From the NCBI RefSeq assembly GCF_018350175.1, contig NC_058368.1, positions 180,732,001 to 180,796,000 of the forward strand: DNA of 64,000 bases. The letters run 5' to 3'. This stretch comes from Felis catus. Taxonomy: Eukaryota. Below are positions 25,693 through 40,145 of the stretch, in pieces (positions within the stretch are counted from its first letter, which is position 1; each line of letters begins with the position of its first letter). The position numbers and the translations under genes are program-made. The notes below the pieces were generated by a model. The model saw nothing but the letters and a program-made list of their open reading frames with translations, was not told the DNA's origin and did no database searches.

Positions 25693-28600
25693 CCTTCTGT
25701 ATATGTATGTCTAATAGGCATTTCCCAGTTTTTATTCACAATTGTGATACCTTATCTTGAAGCAGGGAGATCAAACAGCTTCAGTCTTAGGGGAAAGTGA
25801 GAATAAATAGCCTTTCCAAATGGGCAATGATGAAGAGGGGCCTTCCAGAGTAGGTAGGAAAAGCACCATCCAGGAGGTCAAGTTCCCGTTAACAGGCAAA
25901 AGCAGTAGCATTTGCTCAAGGGCAAATTACGGTGTTTGTCTACATCTGCATACAATTTAATTAAACCTGCCTATGTGTCTGACGGCCCTGGATCTGCGGC
26001 AGAGTATTTGGGAAGTCCGTACTCTCTCCAAACAACTGGAGTGTTGTGATTTTATTGTTTTTCCGACACCCCATCCATTTGCCCTTGAGGAATTCCCTCC
26101 TCCTGGACCCTGGCCACGACTGAGGCAGGCATGGTGTCCCTGCCTGGGCAGGCCAGAGAGAGGGGCTGATGCGTGCCAAAGCCAGCCCCGCCCCTCGAGT
26201 GGGCTGGCAGGGAGCCGTGGGCCGGCTGGCCTGCCAGGAAGAATCCTCTGGCAGCTCGGGGTGCGTATCTCCCCATCTCACTCAGACTTTGCTAGACCAA
26301 GGCCTGGAAATCGTTGCGGCTTACCCAGCTGGATGGGTGCAATGCTGCAGCTGTACCATCAGGCTGGCTTATTTTTATTGAATTTTGAATATCCAATTTC
26401 AAAGCAATTCAAATGAATTTGCCCAAGGCCTCGGATCAGCGTGGCTGCTGACACTCTCTGCAGTAGGGTTTCGAAGTTCATATTTCTAAACAAAGGCAAG
26501 ATTACAGAAGCTTTCCTTGTCAGGACCAGCGCCTCTAAAGAACCCTCTCTACCAACTCTATTAGGTCCCATGCTGACAGCAGTGAAAGCTGTTCCGCTAA
26601 TCCGGGTCCAGGTCCCTCGCTGCTTAGGCTGGGGTGGGCAGGCAAACTTTGTCCACTGACTGAAGAAAGATGGAGGAGTACAGTAGAGGTGTCTAACAGG
26701 ATGCGGAAGGGTCCAGGACAGTGAAGTTGGCACATGTAGCGTTGTTGGACAGAGAAAGTGTGAAGTAGGGCAGAGGCAACTCCAAGGTCAAGCTGTGCCC
26801 ATGCGTCGCCCTTCAAGATTGAAAAGAAAAACAAAGAAACCCTATCCATACTCTAAGAGCAACCGAAGAGATGCCGGGAACTCTTCATCTTGGGGAGTCT
26901 TTCTAGCAGCTCCAAAAATCTGTCTTCCCTCACCCCCGCCATTCCTTTCTAATCCTGCTACACCCATGCATAGGAGCCACAACTTTTAAATGCACAAAAC
27001 AAAACTCAACCCTCATGGTAGAAGACTGAAGAGCTATGGAGAAAAAAGTGCTTCCTGAGAAAAAGCCCAACACAGCATCTCAGGACCGATGGTGGCTCGA
27101 CATTTGAAACAGAACCTGCTCTTAATTCTTTCAGTAGGACGTGGGAGACATTCAGGGCTTGGCATTCACTGAAAACTGTTTTTAAGCAGCCTTGGGACAA
27201 GACCAATTCAATAACTACTGGTGTTCACAATCTGTCAACTCCTCCCCTCAGGGGTTAAAAAAAACCCAACAAAACCTGAGAGCAAAGAGCAAATTGGGAC
27301 ATGAAGACTCTGAGTGACACTACAGTCAGCTTCATAGGAGTGGGGCGCCTGTTTGTTCTTCCTCAGCAACACACCCCAGCTGCCAGCACAGTGCCTGGCT
27401 GTTAGTACGTACTTAATGGGTATTCATGGAATGAATGGATGAATGAACGAACAAAGGTTGTCATCTTATGTCACCATGGGTACAATATGGGTTTTAGAGT
27501 CAGAAAGGCTCCTAATATGGCCACCATTTAATTGCCATATAGCAGTGGACAAATAACCTCTAGGCTTCAGTTTCTCAACTATAAAATGTCTTTAACAGTA
27601 GTACCTGTGACACAGGATTGTTTTAAAGATGAAAGGAGAGAATGAAAAGAAAAGCCCGTTACCATTTGGAAGGGGTAGATGTCAAGCTCTTCCTTTGCAT
27701 GTATCCAACTGGACAAATCACAAATCTTTGTACCTGATAATGTACATTCCCTTTGCATCCTTCCATGGAGTCTGCCTCTTAAACAGGAAAATATTCAAAT
27801 ATGTAGAAGTCCCAGTTTTGAAAAATTTGATAGTCCTTCAAAAGTGATTATTTTGTCTGCTCAATGCAGTCAAACTTACAAACCTCAAGTGTATGCTGTA
27901 AATGAGGGAGCCATGGTTTTCCTTTAAGGACTAGTTCTATAGATTTAGATACAGAGTAAATACATAGAAATGAAAACGTAAAATAAATAGCACCAGGATA
28001 AAGTAAAAATCCCAAAGATCGAAGTAAAGGAAGGCTGTGGATGTCAAGAACCCAATGGCTGGAGGAGGCTGGGGGAGCTGGGTAGATGCTTCTAGAAACC
28101 AGAGGTAAGAACAGATACCCACAGGTCACACCCCTTTCATTGTACAACCCAGCCAGTTTTAAATCATTTGCTCCTTTGGGCAAACAGTGCTGCTGGTTAG
28201 TTATCCAGGAGATGTTTTTAATTACGAGCTGAAAAAGTCATTCTGTAGCCCTGAAACCAGTGCCCTCATGCCTAAGAAGTGCTTTTTAATATTTATACAT
28301 CTAAAGAGGGTTTGCCCTTCCAGACATAGAAAATCATTAGGAAGGCTTCTCAGGAGGATATAACTTTGGTCAAGGTCATGCACAAATCTAAACTTCAGAT
28401 TTCAGCCAATGCTTACCAGTAGGTGCCACTTTTGTGCCACAAACCATTTCTGGCCCTCTCTCGATTTTATTTCTAGGTTATCAATTTTTAAATAGAGGAA
28501 AAGAACAAAAATATGCTTGTGAGACAATTCTGAGCATATAAAAGTTGAAGAAACTTTTCTGTTTTTCCTCGTTACTTGGCATATCTATTTAATAGAGCTT

Positions 28601-29889
28601 TTTTGATTTTTACTTTTTTCTTCCAGCACAGCAGATGAATGGGCGACCCAGGAAAACTGCACTCAAAGAAACGTCTTGTAACAGTTCTAACTTTGGTTTG
28701 GCATGTCACCTCTGTAACGATATCAGGGAGAGGAAATATTCCGTCAAAGCTGTGAGCATGGAAGGAAACAGCCTGGATGGTGTCCAAAGACACACAGTAT
28801 CTTAGCAACTTCTGAAGTTCAGAAAAGCCAACATTTCAGTTTGGGAAGCCGTCTGGTAGAAGTTCCGTCCTACCCCACCACAATCACTGAAAGACACACC
28901 TTAAGGTGGAAGTGGCCATCGTTTTCAGGATCGACTACCCAAGCTGCTGAAATGAAGTGGCTGTCAGGGGCAGGCAGCTCTTGTCAAGAAAACAAAGCAA
29001 AACACTACTGCCAGAAACATATGAAAATAGGGATAACCAGGTAAGGTCAAACATGCTGTGATTGAAAAATGCCCTCTTCCCTCCTACTTTGCAAAAGCAT
29101 AAAATTAATGTTCACAGGAAGAAAAGGAGAGCAGGAGTCAGACACTATTCCAAGACCTTTCCTCTAAGAATGGGGCTTGTGCCTTTGCCTTCTGAAGGAG
29201 GGTTCTTTGAGAATCCTTCTCTCTCACTTATCTCTGGAAAATGAGAGACTCCAAACACCCATTAAAGACGTCTTGGGGATCACCTTATAACCCTCAGCCC
29301 CGTCTTTTGTAGCTAAGTGGTTAGTGTGTATTTGTGTGGGTCAAGGTCGAAATCAACTTTATCTATATCCTCAACATTATCCCCCACATCTGATACTGAA
29401 TGTTAATCCTAACAATCTAATCCCTGGCCCCTCTCAACCCAGCCCAGTATGGATCCTAATCCTCAGAGAACCCAGTATGTAATTGTCACATAAATAGAAA
29501 TCTCTGCCTCTCTCTAAATGAAGCCCAGCTCAGATCACCTGTACTGTGACTGTTCCTTATACTTAGGCAATGAGATCACTGGGTAGGTGAAACATGTCAT
29601 TTCCAGGGAAGAGGAAAAGTGGATGTTTGTTAAGCATTTTCTTTCCCCTAACAACTATTGTCCTTCAAACATCATTCAGTGACAAGACAGGAACGTTACT
29701 AAATCTAATTCTACTGTCTTAACTTTTCCATTACACATGTGAAAATAACTTAGGAAATACATTCCTACAAGATTTGGTGACCAAACCTGGACATTCAACC
29801 TCCAAGATATCTCTCTCATAACTGTTCTACTCTTGGGCTTCCCTGCTTCTGTCCTTGTTCCATCCACATTCTCTGCTTTCTGGGCTTTG

Positions 29890-30482
29890 AAATGGCCACC
29901 TACCTCTGGTCTCTTCCTACCTCTGGTCTTGACCCACTCACTTCATTCTGCATAGGGCTGCCAGACTGCTTCTGTGCTTCCCTTATTCAGAATTCTCAGC
30001 ACCTTGCACATCACTTCAGAATCAAATCCAAACAGGCTCTTTTTCTTTTGTCTCTTCTTTCTAGTCCTGTCTCCATTAATACCTCAGCATCCTATATTTT
30101 TTTGGTTCAGTGTTAATGATATGTGGTTCACTACAACACCATACTTTCCTAGGCTTTAATCACTGTGTTCTTTATTCCTGAAACGGACTTCTCCCACCTT
30201 ATAACTCCTGTGCACCTTTCCAGGTAGAAGTCAAATAGCACCTCCTCTCTGATGTACTTGAAAGCTTCAGATAAAGTCATCCTTTTCCTTTCCCCACTCA
30301 CTTAGTACAGAGCACAGTATGGTACCCTTAGTTTTGTGTATCACTGATTGTTTGCACATCTGTTTTTCCTCCTTGTGTGATGAGGACCTTCTGGAGAGCA
30401 GGGACTTTGGTTACTCATCTCTGCTTTGCTGGGGTCTCAGCACTTAGGAGGAAAGATTCAGTAAATGGCTGCTGATTGAATG
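29890..30482 (+). mobile_element. Degenerate L2 LINE 3' region
   Basis: cacatcacttcagaatcaaatccaaac...ctggagagcagggactttggttactcatctctg...cagtaaatggctgctgattgaatg (L2 3' end pattern). Confidence 0.55.
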
Positions 30483-32319
30483 GATCAAGGGCAGAGTCAG
30501 TTCTCAGGAGGTAGTCTAGAATCCACTCAAGCTTGGGAATGAGGCTTAAAAGTAAAACACTGACATGGAGGTTCTCTCACCTGAAAAGCCCTCAGCTGCT
30601 CGACTAGCTCTATTTTCACAACTGTCTTCTCCTCCCTCCATACAATTCCTTTCTGGGAGTTCTGGGACAGCGGTCCAAATAAAACTGCCCCCCACTCCCA
30701 CCAAGGGTGAGAAAGTCCATATCTGAAGTTACTCTAGGGATCAGGGACCCAAAGTTGTAATCAATGAAAGAGACCCAAGAATACAGGGCAATCTGATCCT
30801 TTTTTCCTCCAGGCTCTGTTTTCCTGGAAACACTTATTTCTTTATGAAAAAAAGAAAGAGGAAAAAAAGCTCACAAGACCATGTTAAAGCAAATGCTTAG
30901 AAAATATTTTTGAAACATTTGGAAGTAATTTCTATTCACAAATTATCTCCATTCACAAAATGAAAAGGCAAATTATGCGAGCTGGATAAATTGAGAAAGA
31001 GAAGAAATAAGACTTAATGCTGGGAGCAGAAGAGGAATAGGAAGAAAGAAAAAGAGAGAAAGACTAGTAATTCTTGTATTTCTATAGTAAGTAGAATTTT
31101 AAAAGCATTGAACTTGTATTACTTCCTGTGAACGTTACAAACAATTCCAAGATGCTGGTAGGCAGTTAATTTCTCCAAAAGGCAGAAGAGACAGTTTAAG
31201 CTAAATAAAGACAGGTCTTCCATAACCCACCAGTGGGAGAGTTGTGGCTAGCAAGCGAGAGGTAGATGAGGAAGAAATTCAAGAAGAGGGAGATTAGACA
31301 GAACAAGATGGAAAGATGGAGAAGGAATAAGGAAAGCTAACATGAGCGGAAGAAAGTGACAGGAGAGGATTCACTCAACATCAACAATGAATGGCAAAAA
31401 TGGCATGATAAACTTTGAAGCCATCCTCTGCTTCAAAGACAGAGCTTCTTTCTCAAATACCCATAACTGAGAAAATAATCAGAGTAATCATTAAGCCAGT
31501 GGAGCCTCTTGATTCTTAGGAAGGTGAACCTACCAATGGTTTAGAGGCTCCAACCCTGGGCTGGGTGCTTGTGACCATCCTGTTGGGAATGCTGCTTTCC
31601 TTGTGATAACAATCAATAGTCAATAATCAATAAAAATTCTCTAACCAATAAAAATTAAATAGCTACATGTCATTCAAAAGCAATTTGCTAGTCGCACGCT
31701 ATAAGAGACCCAACAGTCGCAGGTAGAGTGACAAAAGTTCAGAATACAAACAATGGCAAATAAATGAGCAGAGAACATTTGCAGAGCTCAGATCACTTCT
31801 GACTGGCCCACTACAACTTGACCACTGCAAAAGGGTTGGCTAATCTAAAACTGACGGCCATTTTCTTATTCCATTCAGTGCACTCTACAGCCATCCTCTT
31901 GTTTAGTCTTAATGATAATTCTGCAGGAACGGGCATTGTTATCCTTGTTTTAGAATGATAATCTGATACAAAGGGGGGTTTTAAACAATATCCAAATTTG
32001 AATCCAAGCCTTAACAGATCCAAATCCACATTCTTTCCACCTCAGTCCCCTGCTTCTAAAATTAATCATGAACTGTCTCCACTCCTTTTCCTTTAGAGGT
32101 CCCTCTAGCTGGGTCAGGACAAAAGATGCAAAGAAATCCTGAGGGCAGAAGAAGCAGCTGCCTAATGGTACCTTGAGCATTTAGGCTCAAGGCAGGTGTA
32201 CGGATCATTAGCAGGGTGCCTGCTAGGAGAAGGAGCCCCAGGCAATGTCGGGTAGTCCTGGGCTGGCTCAGTCTGGTGACCCTAGAAGGTGCGCTCTAAT
32301 CCCTTGTAACAATTACTTG

Positions 32320-33130
32320 GCACTTACTTTATACCAACCGCTATGCCAAAAGCTGTGCATGAAACATCTGACTTCATCTTTGTAGCTACTCTTGGAGGTA
32401 GATGCATTTACTATTACAATTTTACAGAGAAGAAAACTATCTCAGAGAAGTTAAGTAATTTGCTCAAAGTCATATAGGTTGTAACTGGGAGAGTAGGGAT
32501 TCTAGCCCTATTCTGATTCCAGAATATCTGCTGTTAGCCACTAAACAACCTGCTTTTTTCATGTCCTGCTAAGACACTTGGGGGATGCTCAAGAGATTAG
32601 GAAGCAGTAAACACAGTTGCTGAGTGTCAAGTCCACAGCATCTAGATTAACATGGAACTGGAATTCAGGAGGTCTGACTTTGAAGACACTCCTGCTTATC
32701 ACTGATTGTATTACTTAAAGCAACTTATTTGACTTGAACCTCAATTTATTCATCTGTAAAGTGGAAATAAAATAAAGATAGTGCTTGTTCCTTGAAATAC
32801 CACAAAAACTCACTATAGACCTGCTACACTAGGGAAGAAAGGTACATATCAATGTTAATAACTCAGATAAAATAATGGATTGATAGAAATTTAGAGCTCA
32901 AGTACCTTGAGGATTACCTATGGTCATAGAGCAAATGTTTGAGTGCATGTATGCTTTGCTTATGCAATTCCTGGCTGTGGGACTGTGGACAAGTCACTTG
33001 ACATCTCTGAACCTTTGTTTCCTTATCTATGAAATTGAGATAAAAATAGTACAATCCCCACAGTTGTGGGGATGAAATGAGATGGTGTAGGCAAAGCCTG
33101 GCGACCTGCACATAGTGAGTGCTATGTCAA
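32320..33130. mobile_element. Cluster of MIR fragments (one -, two +)
   Basis: attttacagagaagaaaactatctcagagaagttaagtaatttgctcaaagtcat; cctcaatttattcatctgtaaagtggaaataa; ggacaagtcacttgacatctctgaacctttgtttccttatctatgaaattgag. Confidence 0.65.
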
Positions 33131-34934
33131 TGCTATGATTGTTTTGATGGGGAATCTGAGGCCCTAGGAAGGTAAATCCTTGTCCATGGTTACACTGCAA
33201 GTTAACAGTAGAGGAAGGAACAGAATACAGGCCTCTTGTTCATGCTGCTTCTCCTCAGCTGTACAACCTTGGGCACATTACTTAAAATTTCTAAGGCTTA
33301 GCTTTACCATCTGTTAAATGGGGACAATTCTTCTCACCTCTACCAATAAGAGGGGAATTAAATAAGCTATCCAATCAAAGCCTTCAACCTGAAGCACCCA
33401 TCTTTAGTGCTCATGAAATGCTAGCTGCTATAACTTTAGCTTCCTTCCATAGTTTTTCTTTCTATTCAGATTTGAAAGAGATTTTATCCTCAGGAATCAG
33501 AATGAGAAAGATCTTTTTCTCAGGGCTGTTTGCTGAGTCAGAGAAGGAGCTAGACACACCCATCACAAAAAAGGAACAATTGTGGAGTGGACAAAGACCA
33601 AATCTCCTGCATCAGCTTCTCCCTGAGGCACAGCACCTGGGATAGGTGCTTTAGTCCTCCATTCGGAATTCTTTCCCTTTCTGATTTGAGAAGTTTCTGT
33701 CAGCTCGGATCAGAAGCACTGCATGACAGCTTTCTGTGGTAGCGCTCAATGTCACTGTGGAAGGAGAACAGTATTTGGACACCGACTACCTGGGTACCCG
33801 CTGCATGGTGGTCACTTACTAGCTGTGTGCCTTGGACAAGTCCTTTCCCTGAGCCTGCCTCATATGCCTGTCCACCACATTAAACCATGAGGTGCCACAG
33901 AAACATAAAATATTACTTGCTTTTCACTATCATTTCTTGCACTGTCTGCCCCTAGTCTGGAGGAAATGAGAAACTGTTGTGATTGCCTTTAAAAAAGCCA
34001 AATTTCCCATGAAGTCCCCAGTATTATATGGATGAGGAAGCAGCCTTCTTTTCCATTTGTGGTCCTGTTATGGGGGGAGGATGACAGCAAAACCCTGGAC
34101 AATTTTAAGTGGCTACTAAGGCTGTTTTATGGTGAGAAGGATCAGTTACGGTGCTGTTTAGCCAAAGCAATGTGTGTAAAGCAGGGGGAAGTGGCACCAG
34201 ACCAGACAGATCAATGCCAGCTTCCTGATGGCTGATAAGGGCCAGCAGGACATTATGCACCAGGACAGACAGCACTGCTGCCTCCTGAACCGCATGGCTG
34301 TCAACAGTCCCATTTCCTCCTCTCCCTCCTCTTCCCTGGGTTGCCAGAGCAGAACCATAGTCACCCATGAGCCTGGGCAGGAGTTGGGGGCAGGATCCCA
34401 GTGCCTGCTTGTGCCTCGAAGGTGTCACATTTGGGTTTCTATATATCATTTGCCTTCAGCTTGGGCACTGTTCCACTAAAGGGCGATTTCATCTTTTGAG
34501 TGAACTTTTGATGAATTTGATGAAGTATTTTGCGCAGATGGTTCTGCATCTGAATAAGAGGAGCTCATCACGTCCAGCGCATGGAATGAAGTGTTTTATT
34601 TGTGTTTCTAAGGCAGCAAAGAAAGCTTCTGAGAACAAAAAAACACACAAACCAACTTTTTTTTTAAAGCGTTTTTAAATCAACTTGTCTGGCCTTATTT
34701 AGCATTTATGAGCAAGATACATGGCATACGAAGTATGTAAATGGCTGTGGTGAAGTCCTTGTAGTCAACAGATAAATGGGAGGAGATAGAAATAATGATA
34801 GTCCTGATCTTATGTGCTAGTGGTACCATTAAATGAGAATATCCATATGAACTGCTTAGCATACAGTAACTGCTCTAAAATACCACCTATCATCATTACT
34901 ACTAAGAGACTATGAAGGATTCAGAGAAATCCTG

Positions 34935-35353
34935 TGTTATAGGTTGAGTTGTGCTTCCCCCACCAAAGGTGTTGAAGTCCTAATCGCCAGTATCTGTGAA
35001 TGTGACCTTATCTGGAAGTGGATATTTGTAGATGATCAAGTTAAGATGAGCTCATTAGGGTGGAGCTTGATCTGATCTATGACTGGTGTCCTTATGAAAA
35101 AGGAAAATTTAGGCACAGAGACAGACATGCACACAGAGAGAATGCCATGTAAAGACCGGAGCTGTGCTGTCATGGCCAAGGAACTGCTGGAAGCTGGGAG
35201 TGAGACCTGGGATGAACCAGGCTCAGACATGCATGGCTCACCTGACTCTTTAGTCTTTGACTTCTAGGCTCCAGAAGGGCAAGATAATAAACTTTTGTCG
35301 CAAACCATTCATTTACTGGTACTTTGTTATGCCAGTTCTAGCAAACCAACACA
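34935..35353 (+). mobile_element. MLT1C-like solo LTR (ERVL-MaLR)
   Basis: TG...CA termini. tgttataggttgagttgtg...gaatgtgaccttat...aagttaagatgag...tgactggtgtccttat...aataaa...ggtactttgttat...gcaaaccaacaca. Confidence 0.85.
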
Positions 35354-35524
35354 CCCTCTTTCAGAGTACCACAGTGGACATGTCTATAAAAGAGATATCT
35401 TAGAAGAGCTGTTGTATCTATTTTCAGAAAAGTAGAAACTTGAGTGTAAAAATCACTATAAAAAGACACTGTTTTTGGATTTATCAGACAATTTCAACCT
35501 TTTTTTTTCCCCCCTTCTCTCTTG

Positions 35525-36015
35525 TTTCCAAGGAGTCTAGAAAAGCTTTCCTAGCTTCCTTTGGAGCAAGGGACAGCCACGTGACACAATTCTGACAAGA
35601 TGTAAGTAAAGTTTGGTTGGGGTGGGTGTGTGTGTGTGCACATACGATGGGGCAGGGGGATAATTCAGGCTTTTCCAGATAAAAGGGACAGAGATCTTGA
35701 ATCTTTCTCCCCTCTTTCTTCCCCCCATGAAGGTAGATATGATGCCTGGAGCTGCAACAGCTATCTTGCTACAATGAGGCAGCAAAACCAAGGGGTAAAA
35801 AACCCTAAAGCACCAAGAGGGGCAAAGCAGAGAAAAAGGAAGAGTTCATGCCATGGATGTCATCACCGAGCAGCATCATCAGTGCCAGTTTCTGTAAACC
35901 TTGGATATCCAGCTAGCTTTGTAAGGAACATAGAGCCTTGCAGTTTTGTAAACCACTGTTAGCATTCTTATGGTTGTTAGTTTATGATAACTTGTAGCTG
36001 AATGCCTCCCTCATT
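35525..36015 (+). mobile_element. MLT1J/K-like LTR relic
   Basis: agccacgtgacacaattctgacaa...tgatgcctggagctgcaacagctatcttgctacaatgagg...acttgtagctgaatgc. Confidence 0.6.
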
Positions 36016-36875
36016 GAAGTGCTGTCTTGACTGGCCATCCAGAGAAGGACTTTGAGCCCTCCTTGTGAGTTTCAGTTTTGAAGTACATTTCATTTATCTT
36101 CCACTTCTTTCTGCCTATTTTGGTCTTCCTGCATGCCCTAACATGGACAACTGGTTAGGGAATGTGTCATCTTTCTGCTGTCAGGACAAAGGTAAGGTGC
36201 AGCTGACCAGGGTTTGCATGGCCAGAGGGACTTTCTTTTCTCTTTTCTTGGGAGCACTATCATTAAGAGTAGTTTCAAGGACTTCTGGGGGTATGGAAAC
36301 ACATGAAGTTAAAGTCACCAGGCACATAATTTTAGGTTGATGTCAGTAAACATATGGGTGAGGATGTGGACTTGGGAGTTGAATGGACCCATGTTTAAAT
36401 TCCAAATCCCAACTACTGACCAGTGTGTAACTGTGGGCAAGTTACTCAACCTCTCTGAATCTCCTTCCTTAATTATCAGTAGAAAAGTTAAGTCATTCGG
36501 AAGATTGGATCAGACATGAAATGTGAAGTTCCTATATATGGTATGTCCTTAATAAATGGCTGACTTCATTGTCCTTTGGGAAAGATTTACATTCAGGGGT
36601 ACTTGTCATTACAGATCTTCAGGTGAACCCTCTTTTCACAGCACAAATTTGACCAGTTTAGTTAAATAACTTTTCAGAACTTAGCACCACAGCTTGCCTC
36701 CATGAAGGGGATTGAGGACTTTGGGCATGAAAAAACAGGCTCAAGAGGAATAAGCAACACAGAGTCAAAGCTGGCCCACACTTGGCAATACAGGGGTCAG
36801 AGACTTCATTTTCATTTTGGTGGTAAAGGAAGAAAAAATATATACCTAAAGACACAATTATAAATCAAGGATAAC

Positions 36876-37075
36876 AAGATTTCTCAGTCTTGGCACTAAT
36901 GACATTCTGGGCTGGATGATTCTTCGTTGTGGGGGCAGTGCTATGCATTATAGGATGTTTAGCAGTATCTCTGGCCCCCTACTTACTAGATGCCAGTAGT
37001 GTTCCCCAACTATGACAACCAAAAATGTCTTCTAGACACTGTCAAATGTTCCTAGGGATGTGGTGGGGGTGCACT
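36876..37075 (-). mobile_element. MER20 hAT-Charlie element
   Basis: ttggcactaatgacattctgggctggatgattcttcgttgtggggg...ctagatgccagtag...gacaaccaaaaatgtct. Confidence 0.85.
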
Positions 37076-39932
37076 GAGTTAGAGCAAAGGGCAACAGAGT
37101 GAAAAAGAGTCTCCCTGGGTGAATGTTACTGGGGTCGATAAGCAAGTGGTCCCCAATGCACTATAACCCCGCACAGTGTAAAAAGTAGTAAAAGAAGAAA
37201 GAAAAGAATTTTGCACATCTTTGAGCCCTGACCACCTCATTAATGAGCAAAGGTCCAGGTGACCAGTTATTACTCCATCGAGACTGCAGAACAAGGAGGA
37301 ATAATATTTGGACTATTTCATTAATCTGTGCCAAGGACCTTTTCAAATTGAGTCTCTTAATGGGTAAAATATTTGACATTCTGTAAAAAGACCTAGTGGG
37401 TTCCAATCCATCCTTTTCACACAAAGCGCTTTTAAAGCTAAAAAAAAAAAAAAATCATAGGGGGAGCAGTTATGAAAAGGAAGTGGAACCCAAGAAGGAG
37501 CCTCATTCCTGTTCTCTAGCCATGACCCTGACTTGAATACAGAAAGCCATTCCTCCCGTACACAGGCAGTACTATTTGCCCTCAGCTCATCTCACACACC
37601 CAGACTATAAAAGATCTGCTAATTGGCGTAGGATCATGTGCATTTTACTTTCATTCTCTACTATTCCTAATGATTTTTCAAGGGTTCTTCCCCATGAACA
37701 TCCTTATCCTTCATCATTTACTTATAAAAATGCAGTCTTAGAGATAGTTGCTATTCATTTACACTTCTCTCAGGATCTTTTTGGGAGCCCTTGGTCTTGA
37801 GATTGTAAAACACTGTTCTAAAAGACTCTGTTGTATGTACCACGAAGCACTGAAGAGGGCAAAACTTGGAAGAAAGGCTGTTCTGCATGAAAATATTCAT
37901 ACACATTATTTCATTATACACTTGAGAAATGACAAGTTGGTTTGCAAGAATAGTGTAAGATGTTCTCTTACAATTTTACCCATGGTTAAGAGCCTGTTCA
38001 CTCTGTTCCCAACTCCACTTTAAACTTCTCCTGGATGTCTTACAACTCTCAACCAATTTTTGAGTCCTAAAAGCAGGTTCCTTTCTATTTTAAAGAGGCT
38101 TTCAGAAAGTTGTCATCTACAGTAATGCTCTTAGACAATAATGCCGTATTGTCCTGTGATTATTCTAACCAGCTGATAAGTCGACTAAATTTGAGTGCCA
38201 TTTAAAGTAATTCTCCCCATTTATGATTGAACTATGGGCTTGTTGGGCATGCATCCCACATTTAACCATCATGCAAATGTGATATCTGATCCCTGATCTC
38301 CCTCCTTGGGGAAGCTGCAGGAGGACTCCAAAGGCTTCAGTGGTGGGTTTATGAGACCATCATGATATTCCTGTCATGGGCTGAAGTGGAGAAGGCAGAG
38401 ATCTGACACCTGTCTTAACCCAACTGGGCTTGGAAAATGGTTACTGATTTAGGAGTCCCTAAAGACCTGCACCATTGCTTAGGGTCAAAAACTGGATAGG
38501 AATGGGATGACCAGCTTTGTGGCTGAGGCTTATCTCCTGCTACCCTGTAGCAGAAAGGAGACCAGAAGAGGTGAGAAGTAGGATAAAGACAAAAAGAAAG
38601 TACAGAGACATAATTATCTACTAAATTGAACCTCATCCACTCAGTAATTCATGTAACACCTTTGGGGCCTAAACTCTCTTGGTTAGTTTGGAAGCTGACT
38701 CTAAAATTCCCCAGGTAATCATGCCGTTTTATGCTTTACTCTAGGCACCTAGCGTCTGAGAGGGTATTTCATGCACTTCAGTCAGATGTTAAAGCATTGA
38801 AAAGAAATGGAGACTTTAGCATGGCGCAGAGGGAGGGCAGAGGGGAGGAGGGTGCAAGCACATTCCCTGATGTCTGGCCCTCTCTGCCTGGATCCATAAA
38901 CCCATAGCCAAACTCATCCATCTGACCCTTCAGCCTGGGTACAGTGAGTCAGCCTCATTTTCACAGACACAGGCAGATGCATTAGAGTTTAAACCTGTTA
39001 ATACAGTGAATATGTAGCATATTTATCATAATTTTAAACCTGCCTCTAACCAGCTGATCAAAAGGCAACTTTCTTCTTTGAAGATTTTTATTTGTAAGCT
39101 TCACTGCCCCAAATCAAAAAGGGCAATGGTACAGACTCCCAGGACCATATTCTGCATTTGTTAGGTGAGCGCCTTCAAGTCCTGGAACGTGCTTTTCTAT
39201 TTATAAATGGGTATGCTGAATTTCCACATATTTCCTGATGCCTTTTTTTGGTTCATGAAATTTACGCTACATATGAGCAATGTTATGGAGGCAGTTGGTT
39301 AGCCTTTTAGAGTTTAGTTTTAGCCCAATTCTGCTCTCCTTTTTCTCCACAGACTTTCATACAAAATCCAAAGTGAATGTCTCAGAAGGGGTCTTGATGG
39401 GTTTTACTGGATCAAAGGGCCCTCTCCTAATAAAGAAACCGCACAGAGATTTACTGAGCACATTAAAGAAAGAATAGCTCCTTGCCAATTCTGGTAGAAT
39501 TACATGCCAATAAAAGAATGTTTTGGCCAACCATGCTTTTAGAAAAGTGTGCAGTGATTTAAAGATGGTGTTAGTTTTAAGTTCTTAAGTTACACCATTC
39601 TTGACAATGTTCTTGTACGGATCCAGGTTAGAAACCTGAAGGGTATATCAGATATTTCAGTCTTCTTCATCTCCAGTCAGTACTATACAAATTCTATCAT
39701 AAATCTGCCTTTTCTTCTTTGGAAGGAGGCTCTCACAGATTTACTGTTTCCCTATTTCCATGTTCCTCTCTAATCTACCCATTCACATACCCACTGATTA
39801 TGGCCAGAACCTATGGATAAGTCGCCCTGTCTTCTGTCCCATTTCCCAATCTATCCTGAATCCTCAATCAACTAGTAAGTAAATATTTATGGAACATCTA
39901 CTAGGTAACTATCATGATAGCATGTCATAATT

Positions 39933-40145
39933 AAAATAAATGTTTTAATGTTTGTTTTATTTTTGAGAGAGAAAGAACGTGAGTGGTCGAGAGGCAGAGA
40001 GAGAGAAGGAGACACAGAATCTGAAGCAGGCTCCAGGATCTGAGCTGTCAGCACAGAGCCCGACACGGGGCTCAAACTCGTGAACTGAGAGATCATGACG
40101 TGAGCCAAAGTTAGACGCTTAACCACTGAGCCACCCAGACACCCC
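39933..40145 (-). mobile_element. Can-SINE (feliform)
   Basis: Reverse head gagccacccagacacccc. TSD agcatgtcataatt (39919-39932) / agcttgtcataatt (40146-40159). Confidence 0.93.

Noticed and set aside
25961..26416. Cluster of 70-147 aa ORFs on both strands
   Set aside because: Explained by locally high GC; no recognisable protein.
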